Below are positions 1-14,789 of a stretch of 64,000 nucleotides of DNA, in pieces. The notes beneath the pieces were generated by a model, which was not told the origin of the DNA, made no database searches, and saw only the letters and a list, made by a program, of their open reading frames with translations. A program made the position numbers and the translations under genes. The stretch is from Octopus vulgaris. Taxonomy: Eukaryota. Position 1 is the first letter of the stretch, and each line of letters begins with the position of its first letter. The stretch lies in contig OX597819.1 of NCBI GenBank assembly GCA_951406725.2, positions 55,118,001-55,182,000 on the forward strand, given 5' to 3'.

Positions 1-64
1 GTAGACGAAATACCGCTAAGCATTTCGCCCGGCGTGCTAACGTTTCTGCCAGATCGCCGCCTTA
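1..64 (-). mobile_element. 5' head of tRNA-derived SINE family A (truncated by window edge)
   Basis: Reverse strand reads GGCGGCGATCTGGCAGAAACGTTAGCACGCCGGGCGAAATGCTTAGCGGTATTTCGTCT, the same head as the copies ending at about 7504, 8747 and 38346; contains the A-box-like TGGCAGAAACGTTAG. Confidence 0.85.
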
Positions 65-280
65 CTTTGCCTGTAACTTATGGGCATAATATGCTTGCAT
101 ATGTATGTCCAGGGTTGACATAAGTAATTATACCAGTAGTAAAACGGATATTTCTATCCCCTAGACGGTTATTCCAACCTCTAACGCTACTAACATTATA
201 TATATATATATACACGTATATTCTTACACACCCACATATATACCAAATATATCTATCTGTATATATACACACATAACACG

Positions 281-321
<41 letters not shown>

Positions 322-1089
322 CACGTAGACAGTTACATATCGTGCTAGGTTATACTCTTCCATAAAATAAGACGTGTCTTTTAAATTAGTTCGGTGAGCA
401 GAGAGAAATACGCAGGCAATCTATACAAACACATAATGTGATGCACACACACACACACACACACACACACTTCATTCCGTGATGCCATCGCGTAAACAAT
501 TTAACTATATTTCACTGTTTTTTCGTATTATGGAAATATAACCACAACACGTTCTCCCAGTCTTAATTTTAATCTAATTTCAATTCAATTCATTGATTTT
601 TTTACCACATAATCACACCAAGTTGCAATGTTTAAATAGATATAGCAGGGAATGACACAAGTGCCGCTGATGATCTGTGACAATGACGGAAATTAATGGC
701 GAAGTGTCAAGAAATCTCTGTGGGATCGTGTAAGTGAAACAAACGGAACAATGGTCAACGACAGCATCGAATAATTATAATAGTAATAATAATAATGATG
801 ATGATGATGATGATAATAAATGCTCTAATGCAGTACCAGGCAGTGGCTGTCATGGCTTCTTATCTTAACTGATTTGAAGTGCTGTCATGTACATTGTTTT
901 GTCTTGGTATAAAAGATGGGCTACAGCAAATATTCTGCTCAATACCACAGATTTGCTAGTCAGTTGTTTGACCTTAACCAGCTGACCATGTCCCTTAGTG
1001 GCTGATGATATGTGCATCTCTGATCCTGAGCAGAAGTAGTGGGGGGGGGGCATCATACCCATGTGTTGAAAGGAATTCTTAGAGGTCAA

Positions 1090-1903
1090 GAAAAGTAATA
1101 GACAAAGCAAAATCCCAACAATGGCTGAGAAGCTCAGGACTCAAAGCGGAGACTGAAGGATTTTTAATTGAAGCACAAGATCAAAGCCTTCCCAACAGAA
1201 ATCACCAAAGACATGTAAAGAAAAGAAATATGAGTAACTTCAGAAAATGTGGTGATGGAGAAGAAACAATAAATCATATTGTCTCTGACTTCCCGGTCCT
1301 GGCTAAGAAGGAATATATTCACTGACACGACAAAGTTGGGACCTATATACACTGAAAGTTATACCAACACTGTGGAATAACAACAAAAAAAGAGGGTATA
1401 GGCACACTCCAGAAAAGTTCACAGAAAATGAAAAAGCAACCATACTCTGGGATATGACTACACACAGCTAGAGAAATTAAGGCCAATAGGCCAGATATAG
1501 TTGTTAGAGATCACCAAGAAAAAAATGCTTTCTAATCGATGTATCAATACCAACAGATGACAATGTTTCTTTAAAAGAAACAGAGAAACTTTCAAAATGC
1601 AAAGATCTGGAAGTAGAGGTAACTCGAATGTAAAGCCTAAAAACAGAAACAATTCCTATTACAGTAGGCACATTAGGTATGATAGAAACATTCAGGCAAA
1701 TACATAAGAAAAACACCAGGACTTAAAAGTATATACAACATACAGAAAATAGCACTACTACGCACCGCGCACATCCTACGAAAAACACTTTCAATACAGT
1801 GAAAATAAGAGCACCACAAAACAAATCACAGCACATACCCAAGGTACATAGAGCTGCGCTCGTCAGTGCAGTGAAAGTACGTGATAAAAATAAGACTACT
1901 GAA
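1090..1903 (+). mobile_element. Degenerate 3' fragment of R4/Dong-like non-LTR retrotransposon (zinc knuckle + restriction-like endonuclease region)
   Basis: Colinear with the minus-strand copy at 26477-27638 (SQQWLRSSGLKAETEGFL, RPDIVVRDH, shared 3' UTR ending ..ACTACTGAATAAT) but with multiple stops and frameshifts; (TAA/TGA)n at 771-818 and 1918-1936. Confidence 0.85.
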
Positions 1904-2365
1904 TAATGACAAAAAAAATAATAATGATAATGATTATGAGGAGGAAGAGGAAGAGGAGGATTCTTTTTATTTTAGACACGAAGCTTGAATTTTTACGGGA
2001 GGGGGACAAGTCGATTACATCGACTTACATCGACAGTGCGCCACTAGAACTTATGTCACCGACCCCGAAAGGATGAAAGGCAACGTCGAACTACAAGATG
2101 AGGAACATCAGAAGGACATCAAACAAGTTGAGGGACATTAAAAAGGCAGTTTACAATTTTTGAGTGACGAATGAGTTATAAAAAAAAAAACGAGAGATGC
2201 GATAAAAAGTACAAATAGAATACAAAATAAATGAACACATGGATGGTGCAAACTTCTTGATACAGAAGAGCCTCAAACTAGGGCAAATGAAGGATCCCTC
2301 CGCAATAGATTCAGGATTACCCTGATCATCAAAAGCTCAAGCCCTCATCTATTTTATGTTTATTA

Positions 2366-2680
2366 GTGAAGGTGCATGGCTTAGTGGTTAGCGCGTAGAG
2401 CTTACGATCATGAGGTTGTGAGTTCGATTCCCGGACCGAGCTGTGTTGTGTTGTGTTCTTGAGCAAGACACTTTATTTCACGTTGCTCCAGTTAACTCAT
2501 CTGTAGAAATGAGTTGCGACATCACTGGTGCCAAGCTGCATCGGCCTTTGCCTTTCCCTTGGATAACATCAGTGGGGTGGAGAGGGGAGGCTGGTATGCG
2601 TGGGCGACTGCTGGCTTTCCACAAACAATCTTGCCCTGACTTGTGCCACGGAGGGTAACTTTCTAGGTGCAATCCCATAT
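2366..2680 (+). mobile_element. tRNA-derived SINE family C (CORE-like), 3'-truncated
   Basis: A-box TGGCTTAGTGG, B-box GAGTTCGATTCC, CORE/MIR-like motifs CTTGAGCAAGACACTTT and CTCATCTGTAGAAATG; near-identical to 5695-6030. Confidence 0.8.
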
Positions 2681-2780
2681 GAGGTACATATTTATAGTTG
2701 TTCCATTTATCCTGACCATTTTTACCATACTCTCTCTTTACTGTTTTATGTAGGATGTGCGCTGTGCCTAGGAGTGCTAT

Positions 2781-3043
2781 TTACGTGTTTCAGTCATTTG
2801 ACTGCGGCCATGCTGGAGCACCGCCTTTAGTCGAGCAAATCGACCCCAGGACTTATTCTTTGTAAGCCTAGTACTTATTCTATCGGTCTCTTTTGCCGAA
2901 CCGCTAAGTTATGAGGACGTAAACACACCAGCATCGGTTGTCAAGTGATGTTGGGGGACAAACACAGACATACAAACATACACACACACAGACACACACA
3001 CACGCACACACACACACACACACACACAGACACACACACACAG

Positions 3044-3106
<63 letters not shown>

Positions 3107-3262
3107 TACGACGGGTTTCTTTCAGTTTCTGTCTACCAAATCCACTCACTAAGCTTTGGTCGGCCCGAGGCTATACTAGAAGACACTTGCGCAAGGTGCC
3201 ACGCAGTGGAACTGAACCCGGAATCATGTGGTCGGGAAGCAAGCTACTTACCACACAGCTAC
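2781..3262 (-). mobile_element. SINE family B (tRNA-like head, CORE-like motif, internal (TA)n(TG)n microsatellite)
   Basis: Same two-module sequence as 12686-13087, 16419-16802, 19992-20372 and 33324-33722; family motif CCTTGGGCAAGTGTCTTCT (here CCTTGCGCAAG); 3' end GCATGGCCGCAGTCAAATGACTGAAAC. Confidence 0.85.
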
Positions 3263-3494
3263 TCTTATGCCTTTTCACCCGCCTTTTGACAAAATCGTGG
3301 AGCAGAGCACTCCTTCTCTACAAACACTTCCAATTTTAAGTGGAACTTGAAAAAAACCGATGCGCGCTTGATTGATGATGAAAACGCTTGTCCTCAACCT
3401 TTCCGGCCACGTCCATCACATAACCTCTTTCGCCATAAGTACTAGAGTGAAGAACACCATCTGTTTCCGCCATTTTAAAGGTCGGTTGTGAGAC

Positions 3495-3677
3495 GGAAGA
3501 TGACAATAATGATGATGCCGATGAAGATGATGATGATAATGATGATGATAGTTTTGGTGGAGGTGATGGTGTTGAATAGGATGATAGTTGTAGTGGTTAA
3601 GGCGGTGATAGTCGTGGTAGTTGAAGTGGTGAAGATTGTGTTGGCTGTGGCGACAGCGGCAGCAGCGGCGGTGGTGG

Positions 3678-3723
<46 letters not shown>

Positions 3724-3904
3724 GGTGGTGGTGATAGATATGATGGAGGTGGTGACGGTGGTGACGGTGGTGGTTGAAGTGATGGTTGTGGCAGTTATGG
3801 CGGCGGTAATGATGTTGATGACGATGATGATATTTACAATAGATAGATAGATAGATAGACAGGCAGGCAGGCAGGCAAACAGACAGACAGACAGGCAGAC
3901 AGAC

Positions 3905-3968
<64 letters not shown>

Positions 3969-3988
3969 GGATAGATAGATTGATTGAT
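3495..3988. repeat. Compound microsatellite (ATG/GTG)n followed by (GATA)n/(GACA)n/(GGCA)n
   Basis: Directly visible; source of the spurious Met/Val-rich and Thr/Ile-rich ORFs. Confidence 0.95.
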
Positions 3989-4242
3989 TTAAAAAGCCCC
4001 ACTGATTTCCCAAGAAGCGATTTATAGGAGGCAGGATCTCGATAATCCATTTTCAGACGTTGTACAAATTACTAATGCTTACCGATATAACAGCGAGTAT
4101 TAGTTGAACAGAAGACAAGAATATAGTGTTTTTTTCCCTGTTTTGAAGTGAAAAGCTACGTTTTATTGCACTGCATTAATGGATTTCCATTATATGTACA
4201 TATAAACATATATGTATGCATGTATGTACGTATGTATGCATG

Positions 4243-4288
<46 letters not shown>

Positions 4289-4619
4289 CATGCATACATA
4301 TATATACACACACACATACATGTGCGCGGACACGAATACGTGTTTATTGAAAACTTAAATGATGTCTTTTTAAAGAGACTTGATCTTATTAGAAATAATG
4401 TTTGAAAGGAATTGCGCATGCGCATTAAGCCTCTTGGACGTGGTTTCCATTACACATACATAACTATTTGACTGTAATCAGACATATTTGATTACTTTAG
4501 AGGGCCAAAAGTTATTTAGACGGCGTGCCAAAACGAAAATTATTAGAGAATTTGATTAGGAAACGTGTATACATCTTTTACGCTGGGATATTACAAACAA
4601 TTTTATTTATTTATGCGCC

Positions 4620-4918
4620 CTTTTCAAGCGTAGCCAGGCTTATGGGCCCAGTTTTCCGGTTTCTGTGGCGTATGTGTTCCCCCCCAGCTGGACGGGACGC
4701 CAGTCCATCACAGCGTTACTCAAGAAACAGGAAGAAAGTTTGAGAGAAAGTTGGGCGAAAGAGTATAACAGGGGTCGCAATGACCCCCTGCCGGAGCCTC
4801 GTGGAGCTTTTAGGTGTTTACGCTCAATAAACACACACAACGCCCGGTGTGGGAATCGAAACCGCGGTCCTCCGACCGAGCGACCGCTGCCCTAGCCACT
4901 GGGCCATTGCACCTCCAC
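4620..4918 (-). mobile_element. tRNA-derived SINE family D
   Basis: Minus strand: GGAGGTGCAATGGCCCAGTGGCTAGGGCAG (A-box) ... GGTTTCGATTCCC (B-box) ... GATGGACTGGCGTCCCGTCCAG; related degenerate copies at about 5020-5285(-), 8215-8310(-) and 18345-18620(+). Confidence 0.7.
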
Positions 4919-5473
4919 AGAGATGAATAAGCGTTATTTAAAATTATTCCCTAGATTCCGTTTCTTAAGTTTTAGCTTCACCAGGACGATGTTTATATGT
5001 ACGTAGGTTTATCATGTGTCACCGGATTCATAAGGCCGGGATTTAGCTCGATCTACCTTGAAGGTATAGTCGACTGAGTTTTATCACACCACCCACTCCC
5101 TGGACGGGACGCCGGTCTGTCATATGGTTAACTTCCCAGTTATTGTTGGAACTCGCTTACAACTGAGTGGGCTGGAACAACAAGAGATGAAGTGTTTTGC
5201 TCAAGAACACAATGCACCGCCAGCTACGGGAATCGAAACCTCAATCATACTATCATGAGTTCAACACCCTAACCAGTAGTCCACTGATCATTTAAAGTCA
5301 AAAATACATGTGCATTATTTACATTATTTACATTATTTACATTTGACGGATATTTGTCCTCATCTTGTTTGTTTCAGCTGAAATACCCTCCAACCTTCAT
5401 CAGGTGTCTTGGAGAAATTTCGAACCTGGGTTCTCATTCCTAATGTTGTTGCTGTTTGTTGTTGTTATTGTTA

Positions 5474-5535
<62 letters not shown>

Positions 5536-5694
5536 CAAATAATGTAAACAATGCACACGATTCTTCATCTCTTAAATATAGAACTGTCAAAAATACATTT
5601 TGATACTATTTCAACACTAACTGTATTTGTCATCTTATATTTTGTATTGTTGTCTGTTACATTTTTGTATTTTCATCTATTTTATGTTTATTAG

Positions 5695-6030
5695 TGAAGG
5701 TGCATGGCTTAGTGGTTAAAGCGTAGAGCTTACGTTCGTGAGGTTGTGAGTTCGATTCCCGGACCGAGCTGTGTTGTGTTGTGTTCTTGAGCAAGACACT
5801 TTATTTCACGTTGCTCCAGTTAACTCATCTGTAGAAATGAGTTGCGACATCACTAGTGCCAAGCTGCATCGGCCTTTGCCTTTCCCGTAGATAACATCAG
5901 TGGTGTGGAGAGAGGAGGCTGGTATGCATGGGCGACTGCTGGCTTTCCACAAACAATCTTGCCCTGACTTGTGCACGGAGGGTAACTTTCTAGGTGCAAT
6001 CCCATAGTCATTCCTGACCGAGGGGCTCCT
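5695..6030 (+). mobile_element. tRNA-derived SINE family C, longer copy
   Basis: Near-identical to 2366-2680 and extends further 3' (GTCATTCCTGACCGAGGGGCTC). Confidence 0.8.
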
Positions 6031-6065
6031 CACAGATGAATATGTACGTACATATATGCATCATA

Positions 6066-6156
<91 letters not shown>

Positions 6157-6656
6157 GCGAGATAAGATTCCAACAACAGTGAGTATTCACCTGTACATTA
6201 AATATGTGGTTTCCATTTTAAAATCTTACAAACGATGATTCCTGGAAATTTTAATTAATCAGCATATTCTATTCCGCTATCGTCACATTCAAGCAACGCT
6301 AATGAATCCAAGGAAATCTGTTTCTGATAACAATGAGAGTTGTACTTACTTTCACAGGCAAAAGGTTATTTAAAAATTCATTGTTTCGGCTGATTGTAGA
6401 TTGCTTTATTCGTGTCTAAAAGATATGCGTTTTCCGCATATTGAATAAAATTCAGATTATTTCGACGCTCTGGTTATGTCGGTCATATAAATAATAAAAG
6501 TGTCCATAGAATAGAACCTTGATCAATACCTATGGAGATAGATAGATAGGTAGATGAAATAACATTTTACCATTGTATACAGCATATTCATATCGACTAG
6601 TGAGGTAACTGTGGAACATGTGTTCTATAACGAAATAAGACACTGACTCTGAAATG

Positions 6657-6744
<88 letters not shown>

Positions 6745-7079
6745 CAGACAGATAGACAAACAGTCAAACAGTCAAACAGACAGACTGATAGACAGACAGG
6801 TAGACAGACGGATAGATCGACAGATAGATAGGTAGTAAAACAGAAGGGCTCATTTAAATTAAATCAAGGCAAAACAAAGGTGTATTAGCTGAAGAAGTGG
6901 AACCTTATGAAAACACAAACTTACATGTTACGTGATGCTGCGTATTGTTACATGTAATGTTATATAATCTATCCGTGTTCTACATAAAATTCGCAGCGAA
7001 AACATGTGTAGACATACACAAAATACCCATCCGTTTCATATTTACATTCACATATATATATATATATATTCTGTAAATT

Positions 7080-7174
<95 letters not shown>

Positions 7175-7184
7175 TCTATAAATA

Positions 7185-7504
7185 ATCTTTTCTACTCTAA
7201 GCACAACTGGTACTTAATTTATCGACCTCGGCGGAATTTGAACTCAGAACGTAAAGACAGACGAGATACCTATTTCTTTACTACCGACAAGGGGCTAGAC
7301 ACAGAGAAGACAAACAAGGACAGACAAACGGATTAAGTCGATTACATAGACCCCAGTGCGTAACTGGTACTTAATTTATCGACCCGGATAAGGATGAAAG
7401 GCAAAGTCGACCTCGGCGGAATTTGAACTCAGAACGTAGCGGCTGACGAAATACTGCTAAGCATTTCGCCCGGCGTGCTAACGTTTCTGCCAGCTCGCCG
7501 CCTT
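7185..7504 (-). mobile_element. SINE family A, concatemeric copy
   Basis: Head with B-box GAGTTCAAATTCC, central GGTCGACTTTGCCTTTCATCC block, tail ..GTAAAGAAATAG, then re-entry at GTATCTCGTCTG into a second partial unit. Confidence 0.85.
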
Positions 7505-7647
7505 ATATTCTGAAAATAATAGCAATAATATTTTTATAAGCATAAAGCTTATAAGCGATCACCGAGCATAAGATTTAAGCTTATAAAAATATTATTGTTA
7601 TTTACAGAATTGTAAAAAAATCGACGCTGCTTACCAAAGACCGTCGC

Positions 7648-7706
<59 letters not shown>

Positions 7707-7807
7707 TGTGTGTGTGTGAGTGTGTAATATTTAATTTTAAAAAAATTATGTTATTTTTAATTCGTCTTCCACACACTCTCACCGACCTATATCCATATCT
7801 ACTGTAT

Positions 7808-7915
<108 letters not shown>

Positions 7916-8061
7916 AACTTGTTCGCCTCACTCCCTCACACATACATCACTCACATAAATGCAAAAACACAGAGGCACCAAACACCAACATACACACACA
8001 CATACACACATAGATACACACACACTCATGCACACACACACATACACTCACAAGCCATTTT

Positions 8062-8111
<50 letters not shown>

Positions 8112-8344
8112 TATATATGTATGTATGTATGTATGTACGTATGTATGTATGTATGTATGTATGTATGTATGTATGTACGTATGTATGTATGTATGTATAC
8201 TTATACTTTTCTGATTTCTATGTTTGCTCAAGAATACAACCTGCCGCTCAGTCCAGGAATCGAAACCATGACCTTGCGAGCGTGAGTTCAACAACCTTGT
8301 GGCTAGGCCACGACCTTCATTTTGTGTATGAGAAACGTAATATT

Positions 8345-8747
8345 AATTTCAAAATTTTTTGCCAGAAGGGCAACTTTGGAGCGGGGAGAGATTAAATTGA
8401 TTACATCGAGTCCAGTGCGTAACGGGTACTTATTTAATCGGCCCTAAAAGACTGAAAGGCAAAGTCGGCCTCGGCGGAATTTCAACTCAGAACATAGCGG
8501 CAGACGAAATACCTATTTCTTTACTACCCACAAGGGGCCAAACACAGAGGGGACAAACAAGGACAGACATAGGTATTAAGTCGATAACATCGACCCCAGT
8601 GCGTAACTGGTGCTTAATTTATCGACCCCGAAAGGATGAAAGGCAAAGTCGACCTCGGCGGAATTTGAACTCATAACGTAACGACAGGCGAAATACCACT
8701 AAGCATTTCGCCCGGCGTGCTAACGATTCTGCCAGCTTGCCCGCCTT
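8345..8747 (-). mobile_element. SINE family A dimer (further degenerate copy at about 8765-8937)
   Basis: Two tandem units sharing GGCAAAGTCG.CCTCGGCGGAATTT.AACTCA; junction GAAATACCTATTTC at about 8506-8519. Confidence 0.85.
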
Positions 8748-9561
8748 TATGAGAAACATACTATTGGTTTCAAATTTTGGTTAAAGTCCAACGATTTGGG
8801 GATAAATCGAAAACATGGACCTAGTTTTCAACTGCTAAGTCAACCTCGGCAGGTTTTGAACTAAGAACGTGAAGACGGACGAACTGCCGCTAAGTGTTTT
8901 GCTTAGCATGCTAACGATCCTGCTAGCTCGCTGCCCTATAAGGAACATAATATTTTGGAAGAAAAGAGAGTTGAATATACTCGATAGATTAAACGATAAT
9001 TTTCTGACAAAGTAGAGTCCAAATTCTGATTTCAATACTTGGGTAAACCCGTTGCCATTCAGTTATGTCTCTGATGTTTTTGGAAACATGTATGGAGAGA
9101 GACAACTTCCTGTTTCTTTTCCACAAAAAGTACAAATTTTTTCGTAACTTATTAAAATATACCGATACTGCGAGAATGAAATCAAACCCAATAAATTCCT
9201 TTGCCGGAATGAAAATAAGACTATTGGAAACAACGATGTGTTACAAAGGAGAGAGAACAATCGATTATATCGACCTCGGTAGTTGACTTGTACTTATGTT
9301 ATTAAACCCCAGAAGGATGAAAGGCAAATTCGACATCTGAGGGATGTGACTATTGTTTAAGGAAAACTATTTCACATACAATTCTTTCGTGATTTTTAGG
9401 CCTTATTTGTAAAAGACTTTACTCGAGATTCAGTTCGTTGGATTTGTCGATTTTCTTTTTTCAAAATCCATGGAATGTTTCGTTTCTTCTTTTTATCTGA
9501 ATTCCAATAAAAGAACTTTCGTTTTTGTTTAGAAACCGACCGTTTCTTTATAAAAAGATTG

Positions 9562-9607
<46 letters not shown>

Positions 9608-9617
9608 CATACATACA

Positions 9618-9732
<115 letters not shown>

Positions 9733-9739
9733 ATAATAC

Positions 9740-9820
<81 letters not shown>

Positions 9821-10680
9821 CATATATATATTATATAAACATATGTATATACGCAGAGAGATACTTTCACATACACGCATACACAAAGTAACATTTGTAT
9901 TCCGTTCTGTATATGATGGCTCCGCATCGAAATTGCTACTGAGATGGGTCACTGTTGTTGATATTTTAGTCCCCGTGTCAGACCACTTGGAGTCATCCTA
10001 TAATTTAAGGCGTTCCAACCATGACCAACCGTTTTTTTTTTTTTGTATTTAGTGTTCAGACACCGAACACAACGTTATCTTTTCAAAGATTTGATCATCA
10101 TTTTCCCTGCCATTTCTACATAATGTACGGCTATATTGAAGCTCTTCTTTAGCTTCTTCCAGATATTTTTGTATTGGTTCGTTCCCTTTCGTTCCATATT
10201 ATACAAAGTAATGCCACGTGGGTGAAAAGAAGCTTGAACGTTCCTGTTTCCAAGTTCTTCAGCTGCGCAATATCCTTCCAGTTGACCAGTTCATGTTGGT
10301 GGACACTTCAGATTACGAAAGGCCGATCAGTCTACTCTTTCTACTACTACTATATTTTTATAAGGAAAGCAGTGCCCAAGGTCCCTTAAGAGGACATTCG
10401 AGACTAGATGGAGAAGAGGGAACCCTTAAACAGGAAACGTAGCTCGAATGGATTCCATTAGAGCAGGTAGTGGTGTTAAACAGGGCGACGGACAACGTGT
10501 ACCACCCAACAAGGCCAAGGAGTCTGAACAAAAACTGATTAAATTTGATCCGATGTTCTAACAACTCCATCAACCAACCACCATAAGTTGGTATATCGTT
10601 ATCGAATTGAGCCTGAAAGGATGTAAAGCAAGAAAGAAAAATGAAAAGAAACACGAGACTTGAACTCAGAGTCTCTCTTC

Positions 10681-10766
<86 letters not shown>

Positions 10767-11264
10767 AAGTTTTAACCGACACTTTAACAACCCGGCTAAT
10801 TCACCACCTCGTTTCAAGGCGATAAAGTAAATTTGATCTGCTATTTTAGTTCCCAAACTTAATAACTGCCGTGATGCATATATGATTTTTATAGACAATA
10901 TACAATTACATTTAGTTGTTTAATTGGAGTTCATGTTGTTATATTTCGCACCACTAAAATGTTGTAAATCTTTAAATACCAGTATCGGCAGATTAGCTGT
11001 TACGCTGTTTTCCTATCTTTTGTAATTAATCCGCTATTCTATTGACATTCTTGGCCCGACTCCAGATTCCAGATACTATATTTCTATTTTATAGCTACAG
11101 TAAAATAAATAAATAAATAAATAAATAGATAAATAAATAAAGTTAAAAACTAAGGTGAAAGCTTTCAAAAATATATATATTAGATTAAGTAGTCTTGACG
11201 ATTTAGATTGGAAACCAAACTCTTTAAATGAATTAGGGATTTACTTCGAGATCGACCACTGACT

Positions 11265-11341
<77 letters not shown>

Positions 11342-12685
11342 TTATATGAATGATTTCTTGTAAAATACGTAAATTTCGTTTGAAAACATCGCTTTTTATA
11401 TTTATTACTTTACTTCTACTAAAGCTTGTTCAGGAGCGGAAAAGACATTTCTCAACCACTTTGCTTATAAATATTATGAAGACGAAATATAAACAAGATA
11501 AAGTTTGCAGGGGAGAATGTCAAACACCTCAACGCTGCGTGAATCCTGGTAATTGTAAATATTTGCCGTGTTTGTTTTTTCGATCATAGCTATTATTGTG
11601 TATAGTAATTTCAATTAAGGATATCAACTGTTTTTCTTTTTTTATTCTTTTTATCAAAGAATATACATATAGATACATCTATTCATGAAACGCCATCAAA
11701 TGGCCTTCTCTGGCATGTAAATAATGTTTGCCTCCGACTAATCTCCCACCATGAGGTTCAGTTTGAAATACGGTAGGCATGTTTTTATTTGAATACCAGT
11801 CTTTAAAGGATTGTTGAAACTGGTGTAATGAAGGGAATAGCTTCAAAAGGTAAGCTGCGTAGCTCTAACGAAACATTATTTACGTCATTCTTGTACAACA
11901 TATTTCCCAGAGCAAAACGTTCTCTTTAATCAACTTTATAACCTTGTGATGATATTCCTTTCTACTATTAGCACAATGCCGGAAATTTTAGGGGAGTGAG
12001 GCGCGTTGATTACGTTGACCCCAGTGCTCAACTGGTATTTATTTCATCGATCCAGAAGGGATGAAAGGCAAAGTCGATCTCAGGGGAATTTGAATTCAGA
12101 GCATAAATCCGGAAGAAATACTACCAACGATTGCCTGCTAACGATTCTGCCAGCTCACCGTTTTCTTCTGGCGAGAAGACGGCCGAACTGGCCGAATCAT
12201 TAGAACACCGGGCAAAATACCTGACGGCATTTCGTCCGTCTTCATGTTCTGAGTTCAAATTCCACCGACGTCAACTTTACCTTTCAGCTTTTAGGGATCG
12301 ATGAAATAGTTACGAGTTGAACACTAGGGTCTTACTCGCTCCATCAAAATTTCTGGCTTTTCGTCAAAATTTGAAATCAGTTTTGATTTCTTTTGGTCAG
12401 GCATGTAGTCTATATTTGTAGTAGAACATTGTCAGTTATTTCAAAAAAGTCTGGCAGATGTAAGAGCGCACAATGTAAGAGCGCACAATGTAAGAGCGCA
12501 CCTTCGATGTAGGTCTGAGGCATTACCTTTAATGTTCAAAATCGCAAATATTACGCAAATTTTCAATTGGAACTTTTACATGGAGTTGGCATATAAAGAA
12601 GAGTTGATACAGAAACAATTGTAACTAATAATTAAGTATGTGTTAAAATCGTATTTTTGCTTTCTTATTTGGATTATATATATAC

Positions 12686-13087
12686 TCTTTTACTGGTTTC
12701 AGTCATTTGACTGTGGCCATGCTGGAGCACCGCCTTTAGTCGAGCAAATCGACCCCAGGACTTATTCTTTGTAAGCCTAGCACTTATTCTATCGGTCTCT
12801 CTTGCCGAACCGCTAAGTTACGGGGACGTAAACAAACCAGCATCGGTTGTCAAGCAATGTCGAGGGGGGGGGGCAAACTCAGACACACAAACATATACAC
12901 ACACACATACATATATATACATATATACGACGGGCTTCTTTTAGTTTCCGTCTACCAAATCCACTCACAAGACTTTGGTCGGCCTGAGACTATAGTAGAA
13001 GACACCTGCCCAAGCTGCCACGCAATGGGACTGAACCTGGAGCCATGTGGTTGGTAAGCAAGCTACTTACTACACAGCCACTCCTAC
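12686..13087 (-). mobile_element. SINE family B, full length
   Basis: Complete match to the family, with a short internal microsatellite. Confidence 0.85.
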
Positions 13088-13088
13088 G

Positions 13089-13142
<54 letters not shown>

Positions 13143-13424
13143 CTCTATATACATATGAGTATATATATCCAAATTAAGAGAGAGAGAGCATGTACAATTT
13201 AGGCTACATATGTTTCCTAGCTAGCAGATCTTCTGGTGTAATAATTAATCAACGAAGGTATCTTAATTTTTTTTTCCGTTTATCCAACTACGATATGGGA
13301 AAAGCCTACAACCTTCGATGCTAATAAATTGTTATTGTTCCTAAATATTGTTTTTTTTTTATACCTACCACGGACTGCTCGAAGTTCGCAAATTTCCTAC
13401 ACACAGATTCTCAGATCTTATGAT

Positions 13425-13480
<56 letters not shown>

Positions 13481-14259
13481 CGTGCGTGTACGTACGTGTG
13501 TATAAGAGTCTTTATATGTTAGAAAATTGCTGTCAAAAGATGTGAAAATATTCTTCATTGTCCTGAAAATGCCCCACTATAATGGCGATTGTCTCAATTG
13601 AATTCAAATGTCCAAACAGCCCAAAATCAACTGCCTGAGTTAGTCCGGGGGCGGCTGGCAGCATAAACGACAGCAGAGGAGAAGAGGGATCATTGGAATC
13701 ACTGGGAAGCGGCACTTGGTGAGATCGGGAGAGGTTATGAATGTTACGGAGTGGTGGGCGAAGGTTGTGATAAAGAAGTGTGAGGTATGAGGGAAGGGTA
13801 GAGGTGATTAGACGGGATGTACTTTAAGAAGCTCAACTGATTTTGATTTTCAGCCGGTTTATATTATTGCTATAGCAGAGAGAGAGTGAGAAAGGGAAAG
13901 ATAGTACGTGTGTATAATATGAGTAGTCCACAGATGTGTCCCCTTAACATAATTTTCAAGAAGAAATCAGCGTGACGTAGTTCGGCTTGGCTGAACTTTT
14001 TAGTAGTAGGTGAAGTCCATCCGATGGACTTCTACACCTTTTCCGTCCATCCAAATTCTCTCACAGGACATGGATCGACTCCAGGCTATAGCTAGAGCAT
14101 TTACCCGGTATATACAATGAGGAAACGAACGTAAGATATCTTCATCGTGCAGCAAGCTTCTTAACCATGCCCTAAATACATACGTGCACGCAAGCACAGA
14201 CAGACACATAGAGAGAAAGTGATAGAAAGATAAATAGATAGATAGATAGATAGATAGAG

Positions 14260-14382
<123 letters not shown>

Positions 14383-14723
14383 CAGACAGCGCATATTCTC
14401 AGGTATATATATGCATACATACATACATACGTACATACATACATACATACATACATACATGCGTGCATGCATACATACATACATACATATATGTATATAT
14501 ATATACATATATATGTACACATATATACATATACACATACATACATGCATATATATATACACGCATATATATATATACATACATGTATAAATATATATAC
14601 ATATAAATCTCTATATATGTATATATATACATATATACCTATACATCTATATATGTATACATATATATACATACATATATATGTACAGATATATATATAC
14701 ATACACACACAACACACACACAA

Positions 14724-14788
<65 letters not shown>

Positions 14789-14789
14789 T

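Noticed and set aside
2366-2440. tRNA genes at SINE heads (also 5695, 4840-4918, 25437)
   Set aside because: A/B boxes are present but no complete cloverleaf is evident and each continues into a SINE body.
12459-12501. (TGTAAGAGCGCACAA)x3, and small duplications at about 27864-27906 and 32856-32883
   Set aside because: Ordinary short slippage duplications with no supporting context.
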